The notes below the pieces were generated by a model. That model saw only the letters and a program-made list of their open reading frames with translations, did not search any database and was not told the origin of the DNA. Position numbers and translations under genes: made by a program. A DNA stretch of 35,139 bases from a virus (lineage: Duplodnaviria; Caudoviricetes), in the IMG/VR virus record IMGVR_UViG_3300037295_000002, positions 1 through 35,139 of that record. One strand, 5' to 3'. Positions 5,508-14,320 of the stretch are shown in pieces (position 1 is the first letter of the stretch; every line of letters starts with the position of its first letter).

Positions 5508-8045
5508 TTATCCGCCAATATTAATGGTCCACCCTGAGGCAACCAAGAAGTCTATTTTTTCTCTAATTTCTTGCTCACGCTCAGATCCCAGTGAAGAAGG
5601 ATTATATCCAGGTGCACGTGACTGACCTCGTAGATTAATCGATACACCTCTGCGTGGAGCAAGCTGATAATTTTTATATAAGTCATCTATAATTGAATTT
5701 AAATCAGTTTGAGCTAAACCATTATTAGATACATCGATAACTTGGATTCTGGTCAACTGTTCAAATGAACCGACTTCATATGTACTAAATTGATTATTAA
5801 ACAAATACAATCGAGTCAGGCTTGGGGCATTATCAGATAAAAATGGTATCGCACCAGTTATAACGTTATTCTGTAAGTACACGAATATCAAGTTTGTAGT
5901 ATTATTGAATCCAGTAAATGAACTCAATTGGTTATTATGCAAAAACAAATATGCAAAGTTAAATTTGTTAGTGAACTGTGGCACTGGTCCAGATAACTGA
6001 TTATATGCCAAGTCTACATAATATATCGAATCATTTGATACGAATGAAGGAACTGATCCACTAAAATTATTTACTGGCATAATAAAATACTGAAGATTAG
6101 AACAACTAGCAATGTCTGGTAAATTTACAGTTGCGCCTGATCCTGTACGGAAATAAGAATACCAAAATAGATAATACAAGTTTCTCAAGTTTTTAAATGT
6201 ACCATCTTCGAATCCTTTTCCTGATAAAAGATTATATGATAAAACCCTGAAGAATGATATATTTTTAGCATCAGAAAACGTGTCTTTGTACATGACATGG
6301 GTAGATCCATTTGAATAACCATGCTCTCCGTTATTTGGTCTACCACCTGTAAGGTTTTGAGCCGCATACATGTCAACAAAAGATAGATTAGCATTCCCTT
6401 TGAACTTAGGGATAAAACCAGTTGCGGTAGATGCAAATACATTTAAAGATTCTAGACTGTTACATGAAACAAACTTGTACGATTCTTCATTTGCATTATT
6501 AGTATAAAATGGACTAGTAATCGTATTATACCCGCCATATACATAATTAAAAGATCTAAGAGCAACACGGTTTGATAAATTAGGAATCGGTAATTGTGTA
6601 GACGATAAGTTGACTGTTTCAAGAGCGAATGAAAAAAACGATAAACTGGAATTTTCTAGACTTACATTACCATCTACGTCAAAATTCTTTAGGTTAATTC
6701 TGTCAGTGACACCAGTCGTGGGTATTCGTCTAAAGTCATTATTACTGACATAATAGTTTTCACATGTAATCGGTATACTAGGTAAATGATTCAGATTATC
6801 GTAATCATCAGGCGTGAAATATGGACCAGTTGTTCTTGATAGATTCAATGTAACCAGATTGGGTAATGCATGCTCAATTACCGATTTACTTCCTGCGCTG
6901 TTCGGTGTAACTACTACGCCAGAACTATTCACACATGTAATAGAGCCAAAGAATGTTGATGCCATATTGAGCGATGTGATAGTCGCTGGTAATTTAGATG
7001 CAACTGATTCGTTGAATTTTCTGAGACTAGGAGCTTCTGCTAAGTATAAATTATTGCGGAATAAATTTAAATTCTGCAATGTTGGAGAAAATACTTTAAA
7101 ATTAGGCGTATCTTTAAACTCATTCTGTGAAAGATTTAATAAAGTCAAATTAGTCAATGCCGCAGGTGGCAGAGAAGATATGCCAGCCGACGTGAGTGTA
7201 ATAGATCTAAAATTATCTGGTGGATAATATATTTCGATACGACGAGGCGCACCTCTGACATTACGATATGTCAGAGTAGAACCAGACGTAGTTCCTATAT
7301 TGGCATAACGTTGTTCGTCTGTAGAATCGGCAAGGTTAATAATCCTCCAACTGACTCTCAAACTGCCAGATGGACTTATTTGTACAATTCCATTGAAGTT
7401 ACGAAAATACCCATCAAGTTTTAATGGTATAGATTTCATGGCATATAACTTGACAGTATTGCCATTAATTGTCGTAGTTATTTTATGTGTAGGAACTTCT
7501 GCGTCAAATAATTTAGGTTGAGCAATCTGTCCCCAAGTCAATTTATCTGTCGTGACCGTGCCACCAACCCCGCCACTGTTAGAGTTAATGCGTACTTGTG
7601 ACCCATAGAATATTGGATCAGATTCAGCAGTAGGATTTGTTGTCGATGACCATGCAGAAACTCTTGATGTAGATATGTCTGCAAATTTAATTTCATCGGT
7701 ACTTTTATTCAAAAACTTATATCTGACTGCAGAACCACCTACTGCCCCGTTCACACGTAAATTACCACGAAGTGTGGAATCGGAACCAGCAGACTGATCT
7801 AAAATCTCTTTATATCTACTAGAGTCACCAATATAACGATCTATGGTTTTATAAATGTCACGATCTAATCCAGAAACTGCAACTAAGTCCTCTCGACTTG
7901 CGCCACGAATTGATGCAGCCCCTCTGATAATATCCAAGTCGCCAATGTCAAGGGTCAATCTCTTTATTGCCAAGTCCGAATTAATGACATCGGAAAGGTT
8001 ATTAGTTGCCTTAAAGCCGTAATATACTAAGGATTCAAATGCCAT
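5508..8045 (-). CDS. Leucine-rich repeat protein with fibre-like N-terminal region
   Basis: Many LxxLxLxxN repeats: LTNLTLLNLSQNEF, LQNLNLFRNNL, LVTLNLSRT, LETVNLSSTQL, YVDLAYNQLSGPVP, VYLQNNVITGAIP, LTRLYLFNNQF, IQVIDVSNNGL. Ends with the cap-like L...GWTI. Confidence 0.88.
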   Translation of the reverse strand: MAFESLVYYGFKATNNLSDVINSDLAIKRLTLDIGDLDIIRGAASIRGASREDLVAVSGLDRDIYKTIDRYIGDSSRYKEILDQSAGSDSTLRGNLRVNGAVGGSAVRYKFLNKSTDEIKFADISTSRVSAWSSTTNPTAESDPIFYGSQVRINSNSGGVGGTVTTDKLTWGQIAQPKLFDAEVPTHKITTTINGNTVKLYAMKSIPLKLDGYFRNFNGIVQISPSGSLRVSWRIINLADSTDEQRYANIGTTSGSTLTYRNVRGAPRRIEIYYPPDNFRSITLTSAGISSLPPAALTNLTLLNLSQNEFKDTPNFKVFSPTLQNLNLFRNNLYLAEAPSLRKFNESVASKLPATITSLNMASTFFGSITCVNSSGVVVTPNSAGSKSVIEHALPNLVTLNLSRTTGPYFTPDDYDNLNHLPSIPITCENYYVSNNDFRRIPTTGVTDRINLKNFDVDGNVSLENSSLSFFSFALETVNLSSTQLPIPNLSNRVALRSFNYVYGGYNTITSPFYTNNANEESYKFVSCNSLESLNVFASTATGFIPKFKGNANLSFVDMYAAQNLTGGRPNNGEHGYSNGSTHVMYKDTFSDAKNISFFRVLSYNLLSGKGFEDGTFKNLRNLYYLFWYSYFRTGSGATVNLPDIASCSNLQYFIMPVNNFSGSVPSFVSNDSIYYVDLAYNQLSGPVPQFTNKFNFAYLFLHNNQLSSFTGFNNTTNLIFVYLQNNVITGAIPFLSDNAPSLTRLYLFNNQFSTYEVGSFEQLTRIQVIDVSNNGLAQTDLNSIIDDLYKNYQLAPRRGVSINLRGQSRAPGYNPSSLGSEREQEIREKIDFLVASGWTINIGG

Positions 8046-8047
8046 TG

Positions 8048-11000
8048 TTATTGTTCCGCTGTATTGATACTGATTTGAATTGTTCCAGTTGATACGTTTT
8101 TAGTCGTACCTATAAAGAATGTAGCTTCGATATTAAACAAGTCTGGAGTAATTGTTTCTCTATCTGGTCCATAAATGTTAGTAAGATCTACCACACTAGA
8201 TTGGTTTGCGCCGACATAAAAAGAGTCTAATGTTTCGTAAGGTCGTAGTGTTTGTTCTGCCTGAATATCAACTGTTGCCGAATCAAGGCGATCACCAGAA
8301 ATAAAATTAACTGGTGGTAAATCATCAACTGCTAGATTATTTATTTCAGGATAGATAAATGCGTTCGAGTTCAATAACCATTTTGGTGTAGATGAAACAG
8401 AAGTATCTCCAACCGTTTCTTTAATTGATATTGAATTTATAATTGCATTGTCTCTCATTTTGGTAACAAGGTATAATGGGTATGGATTAAACTGCATTAC
8501 CTTAGACTTATCTACATGTTTTCCAAATATTCTAACTGGAGTCAAGGCGACTTGGACAGTTTGACCGCTCGTGACGCCTGGGAGTTGCCCTGCAAGTAAT
8601 GCATAATAAATTGTATCTACACCATCGGCATATGATAACTCATTACTTTCAAAATGTATACCCGTTTCAATAAACGAACCACCACTTGATAAACCAATTT
8701 CTCCACCTAAAATAGAATCAATACCGAATGGAGTATTCGCGCTCAAGACAAGATAATAATTTCCATCAGGGTTGCCAGTGGCAGGATTATTCAATATCAT
8801 TGTTCCAGTCAGAGTAGTCTTTTGCAATACTTCTATGGTAAACTTAGAACATCTACCAGAGTTAAGACCTTGTGGAGTTGGTATTCTGTAATCAAGTTCG
8901 CCTACAAATTCAAATGGGTAATTGGCATCGCTTGTTTCATAACCTTGTCGTGTCCTTCCAGTTGTAGAAGGAGTCCATTCACCATATAATATTTCATCAA
9001 TAGGCAATTCAGATCTAACATCGGCCGGACCGTATTCCCAATTAATATTAGGAGTACCACCAGAATCGAATACCTCTACTGGTTTCTTATCAGTAACGCC
9101 TAAAAGAAATTCTGCAAAATGAGAATTTGTTCCATCTTGATTAATAGGATTTAAGAATTGAATCTCAATCTTTGAACCTGTCAGTGGTATAGTCGATGCG
9201 CCTAATGAGTCATAATTTGTCAAACGAACCTGATATGGGTATTGCGAACTAACGCCAAAAGGTATTGTTAGTAAATTACCAGTTGTGTGTGAAAACACTT
9301 GTTGTGGATAGCCAATAGGTGTTTTTACATATGACGAAGATACAATCCTAGAGATGACTGCTTCTTCAAATAGTCCAGAGTCTATGCTCGTTTCCGAATC
9401 AACTGAACTAATATAACCTGCCCATAGACCATCGGCAATGATTTTAGAACCTACATCGGCAAGTGTAAATAATTCGCTTGGCTGAACATCAAGAGGATTA
9501 GCAGGAATAACTGAAATACGATCTAATGATGAACTCAAGAATCTTATATTATGAACACGACCAGATTCAGATGAACCCAGACCATGATTATATGTATGGC
9601 CATAACCAGGGCATGCCTTACATGTCACAATTTCTACATGTGTCAATTCTGACGCGGATACCGATGCAGATATTGGATAAATTATTTTCTTATTGACTTT
9701 TTCATATGCATTCTTATTGATAATGACTGTCTTTGGCCATATACCAATTAACGATTTTGGAGAATTAGAATTTATCAGACGTTCGCCAGAACTATATGAT
9801 CGTTGAGTAACAGTACCCTGATCACCGCCATCAATAAAACAAGAAGCGCCATATTTGTAAATAAACTGAGGTGTACGAACGGTAGATGTCTCTTTGATAT
9901 TGACCGCATACTTAAATCTAAAGTAAGGATCTTCAAGGCATGGTTGACCTAATTTATTTTCAATAACAAGAGTATGCATCAAGACCCAACGAGCTTCACC
10001 GTTTTCAATTGGGATATAGCAGTAAAACTTTGCGCCAATCGCACCGTACCAACCAAATTCAATTTTATACATGGTCACTTTGTCTGGATTTAATAAGTAA
10101 CCAGAACGACCATTTCCGTCTAGAGTATCGCCATTAAAATTATCTCTAGGTATGCTTATGGTGTAATACTTCTTGGGTATCTCGGTGCCTTCGGAAAAAT
10201 CAAATGGTTCTCCAGACGCTTCAAAAGTTTGATCACGTACAGGATCTAATCCTTGAGCCAAAAGAACTTCAGAGTCAAGCGGAACTGTTGAACGTCGTAC
10301 TATACTAAATGACGCTCCACGAACTTGAAATACATATTGATCCGTAGGATTTGAAATTCCCCATTCAATTGTATTAGCAGCGGAACCTGAGTCGGTAGAT
10401 ATTCTTGCGCCAAATGTAAACCCAGATATACGACCTGGCTGATAACGATAAGTCTTGCGCGATTGCATGTAGCCGAATCTTTGATAGTCAGATTCATACC
10501 CAGGTCGAGTGTTTGCAAATAAAGGATTTCCGCCAGTTATACCGTTTATGTCTGCTACAGTTATTCTACGACCATCGGTGCTTCGTGGATCTAAAAATAA
10601 GTTAGATTGAATATCAATCCATGTGCGCGTCCATGTATCAATTAGCGTGAATCCTTCTGCGTCACTAATACCTTCAAAAATAACATCATCACCATTTAGA
10701 GTAACCAATGAAGGGTTTAAAAAGTTTTCTCTAAATTCTCTTCCCTTTTCATCTACACCGTACTCTACAATTCTTCCAGATTCAGAATAATGAATGTATA
10801 ATACATTACCCAATTCAATAAACAGCTTATATTGTTGATAAAGATTTTCTATATAAAGTCCTTGATCTTCCCATCGAGGACCGAATGGATATTCATAAGG
10901 TACAGGAAACGCGCCAATTTGTATGGCTTGCTCATCTGTGACTTCGATCATTTCGGCATCATAATGTGATAAGAAGTCGCGTGTTCCTCGATTTATCCAA

Positions 11001-11371
11001 GGACCAAAGAATCGACCAGGTCTACGATAACTGAAGAACTCCCAAGAATCTGTATCAAAACCTAAAACAGATACGTCAGAAAACAAACTCAGTTGAACCT
11101 CAGACCTGTCTATACCTAAAAGGGATGTAGACGTTTCAGATGTAATAGGAAACTGTTCTATCACGGGGATAGGCGTGATTGTTGCAGGGTCAAGAATTGC
11201 AGATGTAGATCTATTCGCCTGAGCGATTTGAATTACTGAGCGATATGCTTCTGTAACCAGAGGCAACCCTCCTTGGTCAACTAGTTTTTCACCAGTGACA
11301 ATATCAAAGAGTGGTACCTCTGTTCGTATCGAAGGAACAGGAAACTTATCAAGACCAATTTTTGTATGCAT
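8048..11371 (-). CDS. Large virion structural protein, paralogue of 11378-14320
   Basis: 1107 aa. Shares SLLGIxRSEVxLxxFxDV, RYQPGR, KIEFxWYGAxGAxF, NGEARWV, KYGASxxIDGGD and terminal EQ with its neighbour. Late promoter upstream. Confidence 0.8.
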   Translation of the reverse strand: MHTKIGLDKFPVPSIRTEVPLFDIVTGEKLVDQGGLPLVTEAYRSVIQIAQANRSTSAILDPATITPIPVIEQFPITSETSTSLLGIDRSEVQLSLFSDVSVLGFDTDSWEFFSYRRPGRFFGPWINRGTRDFLSHYDAEMIEVTDEQAIQIGAFPVPYEYPFGPRWEDQGLYIENLYQQYKLFIELGNVLYIHYSESGRIVEYGVDEKGREFRENFLNPSLVTLNGDDVIFEGISDAEGFTLIDTWTRTWIDIQSNLFLDPRSTDGRRITVADINGITGGNPLFANTRPGYESDYQRFGYMQSRKTYRYQPGRISGFTFGARISTDSGSAANTIEWGISNPTDQYVFQVRGASFSIVRRSTVPLDSEVLLAQGLDPVRDQTFEASGEPFDFSEGTEIPKKYYTISIPRDNFNGDTLDGNGRSGYLLNPDKVTMYKIEFGWYGAIGAKFYCYIPIENGEARWVLMHTLVIENKLGQPCLEDPYFRFKYAVNIKETSTVRTPQFIYKYGASCFIDGGDQGTVTQRSYSSGERLINSNSPKSLIGIWPKTVIINKNAYEKVNKKIIYPISASVSASELTHVEIVTCKACPGYGHTYNHGLGSSESGRVHNIRFLSSSLDRISVIPANPLDVQPSELFTLADVGSKIIADGLWAGYISSVDSETSIDSGLFEEAVISRIVSSSYVKTPIGYPQQVFSHTTGNLLTIPFGVSSQYPYQVRLTNYDSLGASTIPLTGSKIEIQFLNPINQDGTNSHFAEFLLGVTDKKPVEVFDSGGTPNINWEYGPADVRSELPIDEILYGEWTPSTTGRTRQGYETSDANYPFEFVGELDYRIPTPQGLNSGRCSKFTIEVLQKTTLTGTMILNNPATGNPDGNYYLVLSANTPFGIDSILGGEIGLSSGGSFIETGIHFESNELSYADGVDTIYYALLAGQLPGVTSGQTVQVALTPVRIFGKHVDKSKVMQFNPYPLYLVTKMRDNAIINSISIKETVGDTSVSSTPKWLLNSNAFIYPEINNLAVDDLPPVNFISGDRLDSATVDIQAEQTLRPYETLDSFYVGANQSSVVDLTNIYGPDRETITPDLFNIEATFFIGTTKNVSTGTIQISINTAEQ

Positions 11372-11377
11372 TGTTTA

Positions 11378-14320
11378 TTACTGCTCTTCCCAAGTTAGAC
11401 TCGCTAACACTGAACTTCTCAATACTGGCAAACCGCTTGGATCACCAGACCCATCAATATTTATATTCCTGTCTACCGATGTGGCAGTTAAGAACAGTGA
11501 ATCAATTTGATTGGTTAAAGGGTATGACAAGTAATCTTTGTTATAGTCGAAGTACGCAGACAAGTCGAACAATTCACCACCAGGAGGTATGTAAAAGGTT
11601 GTTACTTGAGTTCCTGTCTTTGGAATAGGAGTACGAAGTTCGTTATTGATTAATATTGAGCTAAGTCTTGCTAATTCTGCCTTAGATGTAGGAGTAGTAA
11701 TCGATGCGCCATCCTCATTATAATTCCCTGCAATAATGAATGAGCCAATAATCTTTACTTCATCTGCATAAGATTCTGATGCAGTAAAGCTATACGATGT
11801 ACCAATTCTACGCAATAGACCTAATACAGGAAATTTAAACTCATTTACGTCTAAAGTAAAATAACCACGTAACCAACCATATACAGCTTTACCGTCTGCA
11901 ATCGTTGGAGTGGCAGACAATGATAACACTGTTGGCTGACCAGAAGGTTGCAAGACAGTTGCAGATGTTAGTGTAAGTGCCCCAGAATATGAATCAAAGG
12001 TTTGGAATATTGGATTTTTGCGTAATTGCAAAGAAACAGTCGATGTACCTGCCGCACCAGTTGTCAATCTTGTAGGATAAACCTGTACACGGTTACGAAC
12101 ACGACGAGCCTGAGAAGAAATAATTTCTTCCTTTGTTTCAATGCCATATACAATCTGTGGCCTGTCGACTAAAATATCCATTTTAACAGAAGCACCACTT
12201 ACCGAATTAAGAGCTTTGTTTATATAAAGACGTTTGTTCACTGTATCAATCCATGTTACACGAACGCCTTGATCTACTACGTCGCCTGTTAGAACTACCC
12301 CAGACATATAAAAATCTGACACAGCAGGATTAACGTCATACGGAGCAGTATCAATAATCGTTAAGTAAGGATCACTAGACTGAGCCTGTGTCGCATTTAC
12401 CTTGACGCGATACTTAGAACCATATACTTCTGAGGCAGCAGGGGAAGCATGGCTGTACAATCTAACTGTTCCACGATCACCACCGTCAATATAATATGAG
12501 GCACCATACTTAGTAATATATTGCGAATAAGAACCTGACCCAGGAATTGAGTTTGGTAATCGCTTCAGTGCCGATGAACTATTTTCATAACCATATCGAT
12601 CTTCTGAACCACCGCCATATACCATGTATGTAATAGGAAGGGTTGCATTACCAAGAGAAGATACTTTTAATTGGTTTGATGCACGAAGATGATGTACACG
12701 AACCCAACGAGCTTCACCGTTTGATACAGGAACATATGCAAGGAATAGTGCACCAACTGCACCGTACCAAGAGAATTCAATCTTTTGCATAACAACTTTA
12801 GTAAAGTCGATATTCCAAATAGACTCATTTGAAACGTTACCTTCGGTTGCTGGATTCTTTACGTTCTCGCCTGGGAATTTAATAGTATCATCACCAGAAC
12901 CAGTGCGAACCAAATCAGAATATAATACGTCATGTGCATTAGTTGTTTCTGTATCCGAAACACCATTCAAGAAGTCACCAGAAAAGCGTGAACGAGGAAT
13001 ACGGAATTCATAAACTTTATAAAATTCTGGTTTGACGTTTTGTCTGACCCAGTTAGCCCAAGCAGTATTAACTGTGTCAATCTCGCTCGCGATACGAACG
13101 AATGCCTGTGATGCGCTTTCTCCCGTACTCTTTGCAGTGTTAATATAGCCTATTGGAGTTTCTAGTATTGTACGATCTATTGCAAAAGATCTACGGTATG
13201 GGAACATAATATCATGAGCACCAGCCACGCCATTTTCTGGGAAGATGAAAGGAACAGGTGTACGCAATAAATGAGTTCCCGTAAGAGTACCCAATGTTAT
13301 AACAGTTGAATCCTGACCTTCTAAACCTAACTCAGATAATTGAACAGTATAGTTACCACCAGAAGGCGCAGTCTTATTAATAACACGATATATTGAAGTC
13401 TTAGTTAATCCAGTGATTGCAGTCGTTTCATTAGTGTGATAAGAAACATATTGACCATTCTCAAGCTCACCATCTGCAACTGCTAACGTAATTGCATTTG
13501 TTGCAATTGAAGAAACGCCATGATTAGTTTCTTCTAATAAAAGAGTAGGATCATACACTGCGGCATGAACCATAACTAAACCATCGCGCAATACAATCAC
13601 CTCACCTGGGATAGATGTAGTCGTATCACCAGCAATTCCATAGTCTTCTGTTTGTTGCCCTGCGGACACGCCAAATGTAATAGGGTTATTTACAATAACT
13701 GCCTGAGTACGACGAACAACCACAAGTTGGTCGCCCTTACCAGTGTCACGTGTTTCCCAATAGTATCCATCGAAGTTATCATAAATACCATACTTTCGAA
13801 TCGCAGGGTTACGATATTTGTCGTCTGCATTGCCAGGGATTACTGAAGTCTTGATACCAAATGTTGCCGCAGACACACGACCTGGCTGATAACGAAAGAA
13901 TCGTTTTGATGTCAACACTGCAGACTTATCTGCAGGTGCTTCGACAAGAGCGCCTGACTCTTCGGGAATATGTTTTAATCCCCAACCTTGAACGCCATCA
14001 AAACCAGCATACGCAACTTCTTCGTCAGAATCAATATCCTCACGTATTGCAGGGTTATTCGACCATTCTGAAGGATTGACGTCATAGGTGTTAACGTCAG
14101 CGAAAATACCGAGAGCAACCTCTGAACGTGGAATTCCTAGAAGTGAAAGAGCAACTTCAGAAGCAATCTTATTCTGCTCGATAACTGGAACAGGAGGTTG
14201 ATCTGTGGCTAAAACAACAGGTATGGATTTGCTTGCAGGTTGTTGCCCAGGAGGTACTGGTGCAGTACGACCTACAACAACCACTGCCGCATTATTGTTT
14301 ACATTTGTTAGACTTGACAT
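11378..14320 (-). CDS. Large virion structural protein, paralogue of 8048-11371
   Basis: 980 aa with the same conserved blocks, ending LTWEEQ. TAATG coupling to the upstream gene. Confidence 0.8.
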   Translation of the reverse strand: MSSLTNVNNNAAVVVVGRTAPVPPGQQPASKSIPVVLATDQPPVPVIEQNKIASEVALSLLGIPRSEVALGIFADVNTYDVNPSEWSNNPAIREDIDSDEEVAYAGFDGVQGWGLKHIPEESGALVEAPADKSAVLTSKRFFRYQPGRVSAATFGIKTSVIPGNADDKYRNPAIRKYGIYDNFDGYYWETRDTGKGDQLVVVRRTQAVIVNNPITFGVSAGQQTEDYGIAGDTTTSIPGEVIVLRDGLVMVHAAVYDPTLLLEETNHGVSSIATNAITLAVADGELENGQYVSYHTNETTAITGLTKTSIYRVINKTAPSGGNYTVQLSELGLEGQDSTVITLGTLTGTHLLRTPVPFIFPENGVAGAHDIMFPYRRSFAIDRTILETPIGYINTAKSTGESASQAFVRIASEIDTVNTAWANWVRQNVKPEFYKVYEFRIPRSRFSGDFLNGVSDTETTNAHDVLYSDLVRTGSGDDTIKFPGENVKNPATEGNVSNESIWNIDFTKVVMQKIEFSWYGAVGALFLAYVPVSNGEARWVRVHHLRASNQLKVSSLGNATLPITYMVYGGGSEDRYGYENSSSALKRLPNSIPGSGSYSQYITKYGASYYIDGGDRGTVRLYSHASPAASEVYGSKYRVKVNATQAQSSDPYLTIIDTAPYDVNPAVSDFYMSGVVLTGDVVDQGVRVTWIDTVNKRLYINKALNSVSGASVKMDILVDRPQIVYGIETKEEIISSQARRVRNRVQVYPTRLTTGAAGTSTVSLQLRKNPIFQTFDSYSGALTLTSATVLQPSGQPTVLSLSATPTIADGKAVYGWLRGYFTLDVNEFKFPVLGLLRRIGTSYSFTASESYADEVKIIGSFIIAGNYNEDGASITTPTSKAELARLSSILINNELRTPIPKTGTQVTTFYIPPGGELFDLSAYFDYNKDYLSYPLTNQIDSLFLTATSVDRNINIDGSGDPSGLPVLRSSVLASLTWEEQ
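11458..11465 (-). promoter_or_regulatory. Possible late promoter TATAAATA inside the 3' end of the upstream gene
   Basis: tatttata on the + strand, about 87 nt before the 11371 start. Confidence 0.5.
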
